A stretch of DNA of 64,000 nt from a bacterium. Lineage in GTDB: Bacteria; Patescibacteriota; Patescibacteriia; JACQRZ01. The position numbers and the translations under genes were made by a program. The stretch lies in contig JAUYIE010000020.1 of assembly GCA_030688365.1 (NCBI GenBank), positions 16,337 through 80,336 on the forward strand. Reading direction: 5' to 3'. Positions within the stretch are counted from its first letter, which is position 1. The number at the start of each line of letters is the position of its first letter. Positions 30,939 to 40,835 of the stretch are shown one piece after another. The notes beneath the pieces are model-generated. The model saw only the letters and a list, made by a program, of their open reading frames with translations. It was not told the DNA's origin and searched no databases.

Positions 30939-32171
30939 ATGTTTTGGCAAACCATAAAAATGGCATTTCGGGCATTATCTCTCAACAAAGTGCGTACTGC
31001 TCTCACCATGTTAGGTATCATTATTGGCATTACGTCGGTGATCATTTTGGTTTCAGCGGGGCAGGGAGCGCAATCGTTGATTATCGGACAGATTCAAGGC
31101 GTGGGTTCAAATCTTATCTTTATTCTCCCCGGGGGAAGTCAAAAAGGAGAATTTTCTCCTCCTGCTGCCAGTCAAGGTATCCTTGTAACGACATTAAGTA
31201 ATCAAGATATCAAAGCAATTCGTAATCCGATTCTTGCGCCTAGTGTGCAATACGTCAACCCGGAAGTACGGGGGCAGTTTACTGTTGTGTATGGTAACCA
31301 TGATCAGCAAGTTTCTGTAGCAGGAGATGATGATACATATGCGCGAGTGCACAATCTGGAGTTTAGTGCTGGTGATTGGTTTTCCAAGAGCGAGGTGGAC
31401 GGTTTTACGCAGGTTGCAGTCCTCGGATCTAAAGTAAAGGAAGATTTATTTGGTGCTCGTGATCCATTGGGGCAAATTATCAAAATCAAAGAACTAAGTT
31501 TTCGTGTTGTGGGTGTCATGAAGCCAAAAGGCGTTGGCGTTGGTGGTGTTGATCAAGATAGTCAAATTACTGTGCCGGTAACTACAGCACAAAAAATTCT
31601 TTTGGGTATCAATTATTACAACATGGTACAGGTACAAGTCAAAGATGAAACATATATGGAAAGCGCGCAAGATGAAATAACAAAAATTTTACGAAATAAT
31701 CATCATATCACGGATCCGAACAAGGATGATTTTACTATCAGAAATCAAAAGGATATTTTGGAACTTCTTGGCACCATCACTTCCGCTTTGACATTATTTT
31801 TGGGAGCCATCGCCGGTATATCATTGGTGGTGGGTGGTATAGGTATTATGAATATCATGTTGGTGTCAGTAACAGAACGGACACGAGAAATCGGTCTTAG
31901 AAAGGCAATCGGCGCTCAACGTTCTGATATTTTATTACAATTTTTACTTGAAGCAGTAACCCTTACGGTGATAGGCGGTCTTATTGGTATTGGGTTTGGC
32001 TATTTGGGATCAATCATCATCGCTCATATAGGGAATTGGAGCCCTGTAGTGCCGTTATCAGGCGTTGCGCTGGCATTTGGGGGTTCTGCACTGTTTGGGC
32101 TTGTTTTTGGCATGTATCCGGCATATAAAGCCGCAAAATTGGATCCTATTCAAGCATTGAGGTTTGAATAG
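30939..32171 (+). CDS. MacB/FtsX-type ABC permease
   Basis: RT.LTMLGIIIG, GIGIMNIMLVSV.ERTREIG, PIQALRFE. Confidence 0.95.
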   Translation: MFWQTIKMAFRALSLNKVRTALTMLGIIIGITSVIILVSAGQGAQSLIIGQIQGVGSNLIFILPGGSQKGEFSPPAASQGILVTTLSNQDIKAIRNPILAPSVQYVNPEVRGQFTVVYGNHDQQVSVAGDDDTYARVHNLEFSAGDWFSKSEVDGFTQVAVLGSKVKEDLFGARDPLGQIIKIKELSFRVVGVMKPKGVGVGGVDQDSQITVPVTTAQKILLGINYYNMVQVQVKDETYMESAQDEITKILRNNHHITDPNKDDFTIRNQKDILELLGTITSALTLFLGAIAGISLVVGGIGIMNIMLVSVTERTREIGLRKAIGAQRSDILLQFLLEAVTLTVIGGLIGIGFGYLGSIIIAHIGNWSPVVPLSGVALAFGGSALFGLVFGMYPAYKAAKLDPIQALRFE

Positions 32172-32300
32172 GAAGTTATACACATCACACTTATCAAGTC
32201 AGTGCTATACTACTGTCAGTTTGTTCGCACCAGAGAGCTAACTATTAGCAATATTATTGTAACTTGAAAATTAAATTTCAAGGAAATAGAGGAGAAAGAG

Positions 32301-33407
32301 ATGAGCAAATTTGCAGCACCCCTATTGATTAGGGGAAAAAAGCATATTGTTGTTAAACGAAAAAAAAAGGATCAAAGAAGAGTAGAGAATCCTCCACCTG
32401 CACTGACGACGATACCTCGCAGTGATACCATCATCAAGATAAAAAATGTTATAGCACAATCTCAGCGTGGCTGGTTTGTAAAGCACGGATATCTTGAAGA
32501 ATGGTATCCAGTGATTACATCCGCAACAGGAAGTTGTGAGGCGGTAGGAAACGTCTACTTTGTTGAAATTGCAGACGGTCTTGTTCGTACATTGATGCAG
32601 ACATCACAGTTGGAAATAGAAGAACAGATAATTCTTGGAGAATTATTTCGTATCTTTACCTTTGCCAGATCTTGTCGTAAAGAACATGGAGGGATGGACA
32701 TCAAAGATGGGCGTCATCTTACTGATTTCTTGTTAGTAGAATGGGAGGCACTCAATGTCAATCTGAAGAAGCTTATAGATGATAATGTAAGCATGATTCG
32801 GTATATTATAGAGACAGTATTGGCTAGTACTTTACTTCCTTTTGCACAACATGATAATCTCTATGCCTGGTATACTCATTTTAAAAAACATGATATCCGG
32901 ATTACATATAAGACAGCCATCAAGGAGTTACAGGATCAGGGTTTTCCGATTAAATATGGTGATGACCTGTCCAGTGATGCTGAAAGGGTGCTGACGCAAA
33001 CGTTTGGTATACACCATGTGACTCACTATCCGGAAAAGATAAAGTTTTTTAATATGTTACGGAGCAGGAAAGGGTGTCCTGGTACTAAAGGGTCTGTTGA
33101 GTGTGCAGATCTTTTGATGCCGTATGCTGGAGAAACGACAGGGATGTCTCAAAGAGAATATGATTACGATATTCTGGTTGAAAAGTTGTACAATGCTCCC
33201 ATGTATTCTCAACTGATGAGTGAATACAAACAGAGAGGAGCAAATACGCGACAGGTTGAAGCGGATTTTGAAAGATATCTTAATCTCTTCAAAGGCGCAG
33301 CTCTTCAGTGGCCAAATCAGAAACGGATTTTTAGATCTGGTGCAGGACAAGGAGGTGGACGACTTCTGCAATTTATTTTATCCTCTGATAAGATCATTCA
33401 GTGGTAA
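32301..33407 (+). CDS. class IIb aaRS catalytic-domain paralog (AsnRS/AspRS-like, no anticodon domain)
   Basis: L.QTSQL, SCRKE...GRHLTDF..VEWE (motif 2), YP..IKFFNM, GE..G.SQRE, degenerate motif 3 GAGQGGGRL. Confidence 0.75.
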   Translation: MSKFAAPLLIRGKKHIVVKRKKKDQRRVENPPPALTTIPRSDTIIKIKNVIAQSQRGWFVKHGYLEEWYPVITSATGSCEAVGNVYFVEIADGLVRTLMQTSQLEIEEQIILGELFRIFTFARSCRKEHGGMDIKDGRHLTDFLLVEWEALNVNLKKLIDDNVSMIRYIIETVLASTLLPFAQHDNLYAWYTHFKKHDIRITYKTAIKELQDQGFPIKYGDDLSSDAERVLTQTFGIHHVTHYPEKIKFFNMLRSRKGCPGTKGSVECADLLMPYAGETTGMSQREYDYDILVEKLYNAPMYSQLMSEYKQRGANTRQVEADFERYLNLFKGAALQWPNQKRIFRSGAGQGGGRLLQFILSSDKIIQW

Positions 33408-33539
33408 AATAATAATGATTCTTTTTGACAACCGTAATGGTTGTCTATTTTTTTTAAGAAGGGGTTGCCATCAAACCATAGGTGCGTTATAGTGCGCGTG
33501 GTGTATATATGTTCTCTATAATTTAAGGGGTAAATAAAA

Positions 33540-34904
33540 ATGAAGAAGATGGTAGAGTTAGGCAAGTTGTTGGATTGGGGGTTCGTGTTCCCCGTATTTA
33601 GTGGCATACAGATAGATATCAATGTCGTACTTCGGCTGGTCAAGGAAATGATGGAAGAGGCAATGTTGTGCAACCATAGTTGTACAGATATTGTAGGAGA
33701 ATATGATTGTCCTGCAGCATTTTTGTATAATAAAGGGCTGAAAAAAAAATATCTTGCGTCAATGCTCAAGATATTGGAATGGATAGAGATTGCGGCAGAA
33801 GGATTACGACGTGTGCGCGATGATTTTTTAAGAGATGATAAAGGATTTTATTTGAGGTACAATATACCTCCGATCATTCAGGAGTATATTAAAGAAAATC
33901 TGCGCACAGGAAAAATTGAGGTGAATCTGTTTGGGGGAAATCCTGAGATGCATCCGGCCATTCTTGAACTTGTCGTGCAATTGCGCCTTCGTGGTTTTAT
34001 TGTAAACCTTACGACGACAGGCCGTAGTTTTTTGGAAGAAAAAACTTTTTTTGATGGGATAAAAAAAGCGTCTCCCCACCTTATAGCGGTAAGTGCTGAT
34101 GATTTTGAAATCAGACGCTTGAAGGATTTGTTGAAACTTGATACTGAAGAGTTAAGACAAGAATGGAGAAAGATTCCAAAAGATCACGGTCAAGCGCAGA
34201 AGTTCTTAGAAGGAGTCTATACAGCGAAATTGTTTTCAGGGATGAAGGAGCCGAAATTACTGTTTAATATGGTAATCCATCGGAAAAATATTGCACATGT
34301 GGGGAGCCTTATCAATGCACTTGCAAAACAATTTCCTAATGTCTTGATTAATCCGTATCCCATGCAAGCGAGCTTTGCCTATAAGTCAGAATTTTTTGAT
34401 GACAGTGATCTAAAGATGTTCCATAGATTTGTTGACCGTATGATAGATCTTACCATCTCAGGGGCTCCATTTATTACAAAGAGGCTCCATTATTGGATCG
34501 TCATGAAAGCAGTGTTTTTGACATATAAAGCAGACACGTACACGATTAGGAGGATGGTCGCAGGATATGGGACATGGCAATGCTATCGCGAGCCCAATAT
34601 TCCCTATCTTCAGATTGGGAGAGGTCCGAAAGGACTCATCATTACCGACGCGACGGCGGGGGGCAAGCTGGGCTGTTTTTGGAATAATCAGACCGTGACC
34701 CAAAGCCAAACTCTCGCATCAATTGATCAAGTGTCTGAGTATCTTTCAGGAGGGATGAAAGAATTGGCGCGTCGATCTGCTCAACCATGTCCAGGGTGTA
34801 ATATGCCACGTCTGTGGTTTAATGTCCTTTCCACATGGGCAGGCATTTCTCCAAAGCTTGTGCCTGCAGTGTTGCACCTTCAAGAAAAACATCTTGGATT
34901 TTAA
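33540..34904 (+). CDS. atypical radical SAM protein
   Basis: CNHSC-x8-C, NLFGGNPEMHP, VNLTTTG, C-terminal Cys cluster C..GC...CPGC. Confidence 0.7.
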   Translation: MKKMVELGKLLDWGFVFPVFSGIQIDINVVLRLVKEMMEEAMLCNHSCTDIVGEYDCPAAFLYNKGLKKKYLASMLKILEWIEIAAEGLRRVRDDFLRDDKGFYLRYNIPPIIQEYIKENLRTGKIEVNLFGGNPEMHPAILELVVQLRLRGFIVNLTTTGRSFLEEKTFFDGIKKASPHLIAVSADDFEIRRLKDLLKLDTEELRQEWRKIPKDHGQAQKFLEGVYTAKLFSGMKEPKLLFNMVIHRKNIAHVGSLINALAKQFPNVLINPYPMQASFAYKSEFFDDSDLKMFHRFVDRMIDLTISGAPFITKRLHYWIVMKAVFLTYKADTYTIRRMVAGYGTWQCYREPNIPYLQIGRGPKGLIITDATAGGKLGCFWNNQTVTQSQTLASIDQVSEYLSGGMKELARRSAQPCPGCNMPRLWFNVLSTWAGISPKLVPAVLHLQEKHLGF

Positions 34905-34911
34905 TAAATAA

Positions 34912-34951
34912 AAAAACTCTTGTTGTGCTAATGCATCACAAGAGTTTTTTT
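34912..34951. terminator. bidirectional intrinsic terminator
   Basis: AAAAAACTCTTG...CAAGAGTTTTTT between convergent genes. Confidence 0.75.
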
Positions 34952-34954
34952 CTT

Positions 34955-36346
34955 TTACCCGCGTTTTACGCATTTTTGAAATAAGTTTTTAAAAGTACCA
35001 TCGGGGTCATATTTTGTTTTAAGGGTAGTATACGCGGGTTTATTATAAATAGTCCAAAATTCATCTTCAGGATAATATGATGATGAATAGAGTGATTTTT
35101 TTCCACCCAGCTCTTGTACTTTTTTCTCAATGAGCCGATTGTAATAGCCCTCTTCTTTATCAGAACGGACTGAATCCCAAAAACCAAAGTTGATATAGAG
35201 TTGTCCCGGCGTTACAGCAAATAAGTCAAAGTTTTTTTCGCTAGGCATTGTAGGACAGATCCATATTGGCTTGATACCTATCTCATTATGGAAAAAGTGC
35301 ATAAATTCTGATGCTCGTTCTATCGGTATCTCAACGTCTTGTATTACTGGTTCTCTATTTCCTTTGATGCGTGAGATTAGGTTTGTAAATTTGTATCGCG
35401 TTGCAAGATTTTTAATTTTCCAATACACGGTGGACCGCAGAAATCGTGGGCCGACAAGAGCGCGTAACACTAGATTTTGTACACCAAAGACTTTGGAGCA
35501 CCAAAACCAATCAGTGTCCCAGCGCCAGATATAATCATGTGCTGTAAGAAAATCTTCCTCCCTGTGCGCAAGAGAGCGATAATATATACCCATATAGGTA
35601 TAATCACTGTTTGTAGGCGCCGTGTCAGTAAACGTGCCGATATTCAGATAATATATTCCGCGCTCAAATGCGACGCCGTCAATAAAATCAGCAAGACCGT
35701 CTGTGTTGCGCGTTTTTTCACAGATTGCCTTGATAGCGGTGAAAAAAGACGTGGCATCTTGGTAAGGAATATGTTTGACACGCACAAACCTTTTTATCGG
35801 AATCAGTGATACTGTTAATTTCAGCGCATACCCAAGTGTTCCATACGAGTTTGGAAAGCCATAAAACAAATCAGCATATGTATTGTCAGGCGAACATGTT
35901 CGCACTACGCCATCTCCGCATAAAATTTCCATTTCTTTAATTGTTTCATGAACAAAGCCATAGCGAAATGATGTGGCTTCGATCCCTACACCACTCACGG
36001 CACCGCCGATGGTGATAGATTTGAGTTCAGGCACCACCGTAGGCATGAGACCAAAAGGGAGTGTTTGTTCTACCAGTTCTTCATATGTGGTCATGCCTTC
36101 TACTTGTGCGGTACGACTGACTGTATCCACACTGATAACACGATTCAATCGTGCGAGATTTATTTTTTTGACTATGCCTTGTTTGCGATCTCTAAAAAGA
36201 TTGGAAGTTTTTTTTCCGCCAATAGCAATAGTAGCCGTGCTTACTCTGTGTGCACTCGTTGTGGCAAATTCATGCACCGCTTGTTCTTTTTTTCGTACAT
36301 AGTCCTGTAGAGAATCCATCCTCATTGTGTGCGTTGTGTGCATCAT
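34955..36346 (-). CDS. FAD-binding oxidoreductase (DHCR24/TmsA-BfaA-like)
   Basis: KTSNLFR, P.VVPEL.SITIGGAV.G.GIE, FPNSYGTLGY, YIWRWDTDWFWCS, KSLYS. Confidence 0.85.
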   Translation of the reverse strand: MMHTTHTMRMDSLQDYVRKKEQAVHEFATTSAHRVSTATIAIGGKKTSNLFRDRKQGIVKKINLARLNRVISVDTVSRTAQVEGMTTYEELVEQTLPFGLMPTVVPELKSITIGGAVSGVGIEATSFRYGFVHETIKEMEILCGDGVVRTCSPDNTYADLFYGFPNSYGTLGYALKLTVSLIPIKRFVRVKHIPYQDATSFFTAIKAICEKTRNTDGLADFIDGVAFERGIYYLNIGTFTDTAPTNSDYTYMGIYYRSLAHREEDFLTAHDYIWRWDTDWFWCSKVFGVQNLVLRALVGPRFLRSTVYWKIKNLATRYKFTNLISRIKGNREPVIQDVEIPIERASEFMHFFHNEIGIKPIWICPTMPSEKNFDLFAVTPGQLYINFGFWDSVRSDKEEGYYNRLIEKKVQELGGKKSLYSSSYYPEDEFWTIYNKPAYTTLKTKYDPDGTFKNLFQKCVKRG

Positions 36347-36349
36347 ATC

Positions 36350-37477
36350 TTATCGTATTGACTTGTAACCTCCGCGTATACCGCCTTTGGAATATACCAC
36401 TTGCCATAACTGATTACGACGTGCACGGAATCCGCCGGCGCAACAGAGCAGATAATATTTCCACATTCGATAAAAACGATCGTTGAAATGATTGGATTTT
36501 ATAGTTGGCCAATTGTGGTTGAAGTTTTCCCACCACGCCATCAAGGTTTTGTCATAGTTTGTACTCAAATTGTGCCAATCTTCCATTACAAATAATTTTT
36601 CTGCAGCTTTGGAAAGCTGTGCCATAGAGGGAAGCATAGAGTTAGGAAAAACGTATTTCTCAATCCATGGATCAGTGCGCTTTACTGATCTGTTTCCTCC
36701 TATTGTATGGAGAAAAAATATACCACCTTCTTTGAGTCGTGCATCGGCAAGTTCCATAAAAGATCGGTAGTTGCGATATCCTACGTGTTCTGCCATCCCG
36801 ATAGCAACTACTGTATCAAACGTTCCGGTAGCGTCGCGATAGTCCGCCTCTTTATATTCAATCGGTAATCCTTTTGCTTTTTCTCGTGCATATGCAATCT
36901 GTTCTTTTGAAATGTTATAACCAGTCACATGGACGTTATAGTGCTGAGCAGCAAACCGTGAAAATCCTCCCCACCCACAGCCGAGTTCCAATACTGTTTC
37001 ACCTTTTTTTAACATCGCTTTTTTACAAATCATATCCAGCTTGTCTTCCTGCGCTTTGTTTAAATTCCTCGCATCTTTCCAATACCCACACGTATATTGC
37101 ATGTAGGGATCCAGCATTTTTTCATAAAAATCATTGCCAATATCATAGTGATCCCTAGCAACCTTTTTTGAGCGTGTTTTTGTTTGCATGTTTAGAAGGT
37201 ATGCCTGTGGCATGAGCAAAATTGTTTCTAGATCTATACTTACTTTCCTCTCAATGTTAGGCACTGACAAAATTTTATCAAAAAATTGATCCAATGCTGG
37301 GGCATCCCACCATCCATCCATATATGATTCACCAAGTCCAAGAGAACCATGCGACAAGACACGATCATAGAAATCATCATTATGCACTTGAATATCCCAA
37401 GAGTTACTCCCATTGATAGTAACATCTGCAAGAGCAAGTATTTCTTGCGTTTTTTTCTTTAGGGGGCTTGTTGCCAT
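36350..37477 (-). CDS. cfa: cyclopropane fatty acid synthase family lipid methyltransferase
   Basis: GLGESYMDGWW, HYDIGND, MQYTCGYW, LELGCGWG, F.RMW.YYL. Confidence 0.92.
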   Translation of the reverse strand: MATSPLKKKTQEILALADVTINGSNSWDIQVHNDDFYDRVLSHGSLGLGESYMDGWWDAPALDQFFDKILSVPNIERKVSIDLETILLMPQAYLLNMQTKTRSKKVARDHYDIGNDFYEKMLDPYMQYTCGYWKDARNLNKAQEDKLDMICKKAMLKKGETVLELGCGWGGFSRFAAQHYNVHVTGYNISKEQIAYAREKAKGLPIEYKEADYRDATGTFDTVVAIGMAEHVGYRNYRSFMELADARLKEGGIFFLHTIGGNRSVKRTDPWIEKYVFPNSMLPSMAQLSKAAEKLFVMEDWHNLSTNYDKTLMAWWENFNHNWPTIKSNHFNDRFYRMWKYYLLCCAGGFRARRNQLWQVVYSKGGIRGGYKSIR

Positions 37478-37542
37478 ATAGTATAAAAAGAAGAAATTAT
37501 GTACTATGATTAAGTAAGGATGCTTTCTATAATAAGCAGTAT

Positions 37543-38115
37543 ATGCCAAAATATCGTCCTGTCCATATCCGACCTTCATATATACCACTTTTGCTTGCTC
37601 TCTTATTCATGGGCGTTTTAGTTGCGGGTTTTGTATATTTTTCCAAAGATCCGGTAAAAGAACAACAACAGAGTGTTATCATGGATCGAATTCCAAATGC
37701 GAGTACCACGCCCGTATCGGTACAAAAAACCGACGATACAGTGACGATTGAAAAAAAATCGCGTGAGGAAAAAAATAAGGAATATACGATTTCATTGCAA
37801 TACCCTTTTTTTATGCGGGGGAAAAATGGTATAGATTCAATAAACATGACCTCTGCGTCATATATGGATGGTATGATAAAAAAGTTTAAGGATGATTTTT
37901 TTCAAGCAAAAAAAGCAGAAACCAATAATACTGTCATTGGACAGTGGTCGCTTGATATGAAGTATCGCGTTTCATACCAATCATCTTCTGTATTTGGTAT
38001 TGTTTTTTCAATTGAAACACATGAAGGTGAGAAGGCGGTAGAAAAAACTATAAAAAATTTCGTGATTGATATTAATGAAAAAAAGATGGTAGCTTTTGAT
38101 GAAGCCGTTGAGTAA
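37543..38115 (+). CDS. membrane-anchored exported protein (DUF4163/RsiV-like N-terminal part)
   Basis: N-terminal TM, Y.I...YP motif. Confidence 0.55.
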   Translation: MPKYRPVHIRPSYIPLLLALLFMGVLVAGFVYFSKDPVKEQQQSVIMDRIPNASTTPVSVQKTDDTVTIEKKSREEKNKEYTISLQYPFFMRGKNGIDSINMTSASYMDGMIKKFKDDFFQAKKAETNNTVIGQWSLDMKYRVSYQSSSVFGIVFSIETHEGEKAVEKTIKNFVIDINEKKMVAFDEAVE

Positions 38116-38150
38116 AGTAAAAAATAAGCATATACTATAGGTATATCAAT

Positions 38151-38624
38151 ATGTTTTCACAACGATTTCAAAAACCGAATCCTGATGAAATAACCGACCA
38201 GAAATGGTGGGGTGATGTGACAAGCGACAATGATGAAAAAAAATCATGGGAGGCACTTGTTGAAGGTCAACTTATGGTGGATGTATATGATCGGCCTGAT
38301 GCGATCGTCGTACGATCTCTGATTGCGGGGGTGAACGCTGAAGATTTGGATATTTCGTTAAATGATGACATGTTAACACTGCGCGGCATACGTAACGAAC
38401 ATGAAGAAGTCGCTGACGATCAGTTTTATCATCGCGAATGTTATTGGGGCACTTTTTCACGTACTATTATTATGCCGACACCCGTACGTCAGGAGAAAAT
38501 CAAAGCATTTTCTAAAAATGGTGTAGTAGTTATCATTTTACCAAAAGCAACGAGCGCGCAGGGGGGTATTTCTATTCGTACAGAAGATGAGTTTTTGGAA
38601 TATGAGCAAGATGACCAAGAATAA
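38151..38624 (+). CDS. Hsp20/alpha-crystallin small heat-shock protein
   Basis: EGQL.VDVY, EC.WG.FSR.I.MP, A..KNGV..I.LPK. Confidence 0.92.
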   Translation: MFSQRFQKPNPDEITDQKWWGDVTSDNDEKKSWEALVEGQLMVDVYDRPDAIVVRSLIAGVNAEDLDISLNDDMLTLRGIRNEHEEVADDQFYHRECYWGTFSRTIIMPTPVRQEKIKAFSKNGVVVIILPKATSAQGGISIRTEDEFLEYEQDDQE

Positions 38625-38635
38625 AAAGTACTATT

Positions 38636-38665
38636 AAAAAATACCGCCTGTAGCGGTATTTTTTT
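38636..38665. terminator. bidirectional intrinsic terminator
   Basis: AAAAAATACCGC-CTGTA-GCGGTATTTTTTT. Confidence 0.8.
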
Positions 38666-38805
38666 GAAGACGTAATAACGGTCATTGATCTCCAGACAAG
38701 AAAATGCAATCCTCCCGTATTTCAAGCCGGAGCCGGAAATGAGGAACATTACATCCCCATGCTTGTCGTGTCTGGAGGTCAATAAACACTCTTATGTATC
38801 CAGCC
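38666..38805 (-). ncRNA. rod-shaped ncRNA, candidate 6S RNA
   Basis: TTGACA-17-TAGAGT promoter (38837-38809), long interrupted hairpin with G-U pairs on the minus strand, terminator immediately downstream. Confidence 0.6.
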
Positions 38806-38878
38806 ACCACTCTATCATAAGATGAGGTATTTGTCAAGAGTTGTTCTCGCTAACAGTGAATCATTTTCGTGTTCGCAG

Positions 38879-39874
38879 TCAAACAACCTTATGAATAGGA
38901 GTTTTTCCTTGAAAAACAGCAATGATACTTTCCGCGGCAATCGTAGACATCGCGTCCCGGGCTGTGGCACTCGCTGAAGCAATATGAGGCGTCATGACGA
39001 CATTTTTTAGTTCCTTAAACTCGTATCGATCATTTGGGTTGCAGTCAATATGTGGTTCACACTCCAGTACATCCAATGCATATCCTCCTAATTTTTTTGC
39101 ATATAAAGCGTGGAGTATAGCAGTCTCGTCAACGACTGGCCCACGAGCAGTATTAATAAGTAGCGCATCGTGTTTCATCAAACGCAGTGTTTTTTTGTTG
39201 ATGAGGTGTCGTGTACTGGGACAGAGGGGAACGTGAAGTGATATGACATTAGCTGTTTTTAATAATTTTTCTTGCGTACAAAAACGCGCTCCGTATTCTT
39301 TTTCAAATGTCATATCTCGTTTTCTGTCTGTGTATAGCACGTTCATCCCCATACCTTTGACCGCCATGTGTACTACCATCTTTCCAATATTGCCAAGTCC
39401 GATAACACCCAATGTCAGTGTATTGAGTGATCGTCCGATCATAAGGTTGGCATCCCACCCATGATATTTGTTTGCACGCATAAAGGCATCTGCTTCCACG
39501 ATCCTGCGAGACAATGCAAGAATAAGAGCAAATGTATGTTCGGCAACTGCTTCACTTACTTCTTTGCACGGCGTGTTGGCAATGATGATAGACTTTTTTT
39601 TGGCGGTTTCAATATCAATATTGTCATATCCAACGGCATAGTTTGAAATAACTTTAAGTTGAGGAGTGGCTGAATTCATGACGTCCTTGTCTATACGATT
39701 TGTAAGCAAAGTAATGATGGCATCGTATTGTTTGACCGCTTTAATGAGTGCTGTTTTTGAAATATTTATTTCCTTGGGTTGTATTTCCACACGATACCCC
39801 TTTTTTTTGAGCATAGTAATTCCAGGACCTGGGATAGGGCGAGTGACAAAAACACGAGGTTTTGCTAATTTCAT
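38879..39874 (-). CDS. D-2-hydroxyacid (D-glycerate/glyoxylate) dehydrogenase
   Basis: AVGYDNID, GLGNIG, INTARG, TPHIAS. Confidence 0.92.
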   Translation of the reverse strand: MKLAKPRVFVTRPIPGPGITMLKKKGYRVEIQPKEINISKTALIKAVKQYDAIITLLTNRIDKDVMNSATPQLKVISNYAVGYDNIDIETAKKKSIIIANTPCKEVSEAVAEHTFALILALSRRIVEADAFMRANKYHGWDANLMIGRSLNTLTLGVIGLGNIGKMVVHMAVKGMGMNVLYTDRKRDMTFEKEYGARFCTQEKLLKTANVISLHVPLCPSTRHLINKKTLRLMKHDALLINTARGPVVDETAILHALYAKKLGGYALDVLECEPHIDCNPNDRYEFKELKNVVMTPHIASASATARDAMSTIAAESIIAVFQGKTPIHKVV

Positions 39875-39886
39875 AACAGGGAGAAA

Positions 39887-40825
39887 TTATGATTTACGTG
39901 CACTACCAAAGAGTGCGATTTTTTTGGCAACTATGTATGCGACGAGGTCGCGGGATTCGCTTAATATGTCGCGCGGGTCATATGCATGCGGTTTGGCTAA
40001 CAACGCATTACGCATTCCAGCAGTAAACGCGAGTCGTAAATCAGAGTCAATGTTGATTTTGTTGATGCCAAGTTTGATCGCTTTTTTTATTGCTGTATCG
40101 GATACACCATGTGCCCCTGCTACACGTCCACAATCATGTAGATCAGAACATTTGTGATCAAGCATGTCGGTGATACGGTGTGGTATACCACTCGCGCCAT
40201 GAAGTACGAGAGGAAGGTGAGTATTTTTTTTGATTTCAGAAAGTCGTTTGAAATCAAGGATCGTTTTATTTTCAAATTTAAACGGCCCATGTGCGGTACC
40301 GATAGAGATTGCCAAGATATCAATATCACTATCGTTGACAAATTGTGTTGCTTGGACTGGATCCGTAAAAAAAGCTTCACGCGCCGCGATATCTATCGTA
40401 TCTTCCTTACCTTTGATAGCGCCTAGTTCCGCTTCTACCGATATACCTTTCGCATGTGCCCATTTGACCACTTGTTGTGTTTTTGAAAGATTTTCTTTGT
40501 ATGGTAATGCCGATCCGTCAAACATGACAGATGTCCACCCCATTGCAATGCATTGTTTTATTGTTTTGAGATTTTTCCCATGGTCCAAATGCAGAGAGAT
40601 TGCAATAGGATATTTTTTGGCTGCTGTAGTTACCATTGCGTACAAAAAATCCATACCTGCATATTCTATCGCACCTTCCGACGTCTGTATGATAATAGGA
40701 GAACGCAATTTTGTGGCAGATTCCATGATACCTTGGAGTACTTCAAGATTGTTGATGTTAAATGCAGGTACGGCGTAGTGCCCTTTGTATGCTTTTTTTA
40801 ATAATTGGCCGGATGTGACAAGCAT
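39887..40825 (-). CDS. fba: class II fructose-bisphosphate aldolase
   Basis: HLDHG, SVMFDGS, GTAHG, LVLHGASG, KINIDSD. Confidence 0.95.
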   Translation of the reverse strand: MLVTSGQLLKKAYKGHYAVPAFNINNLEVLQGIMESATKLRSPIIIQTSEGAIEYAGMDFLYAMVTTAAKKYPIAISLHLDHGKNLKTIKQCIAMGWTSVMFDGSALPYKENLSKTQQVVKWAHAKGISVEAELGAIKGKEDTIDIAAREAFFTDPVQATQFVNDSDIDILAISIGTAHGPFKFENKTILDFKRLSEIKKNTHLPLVLHGASGIPHRITDMLDHKCSDLHDCGRVAGAHGVSDTAIKKAIKLGINKINIDSDLRLAFTAGMRNALLAKPHAYDPRDILSESRDLVAYIVAKKIALFGSARKS

Positions 40826-40835
40826 GTGAGTAAGA

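Noticed and set aside
32176-32184. DnaA box TTATACACA
   Set aside because: A single copy is not enough to call an origin or regulatory site
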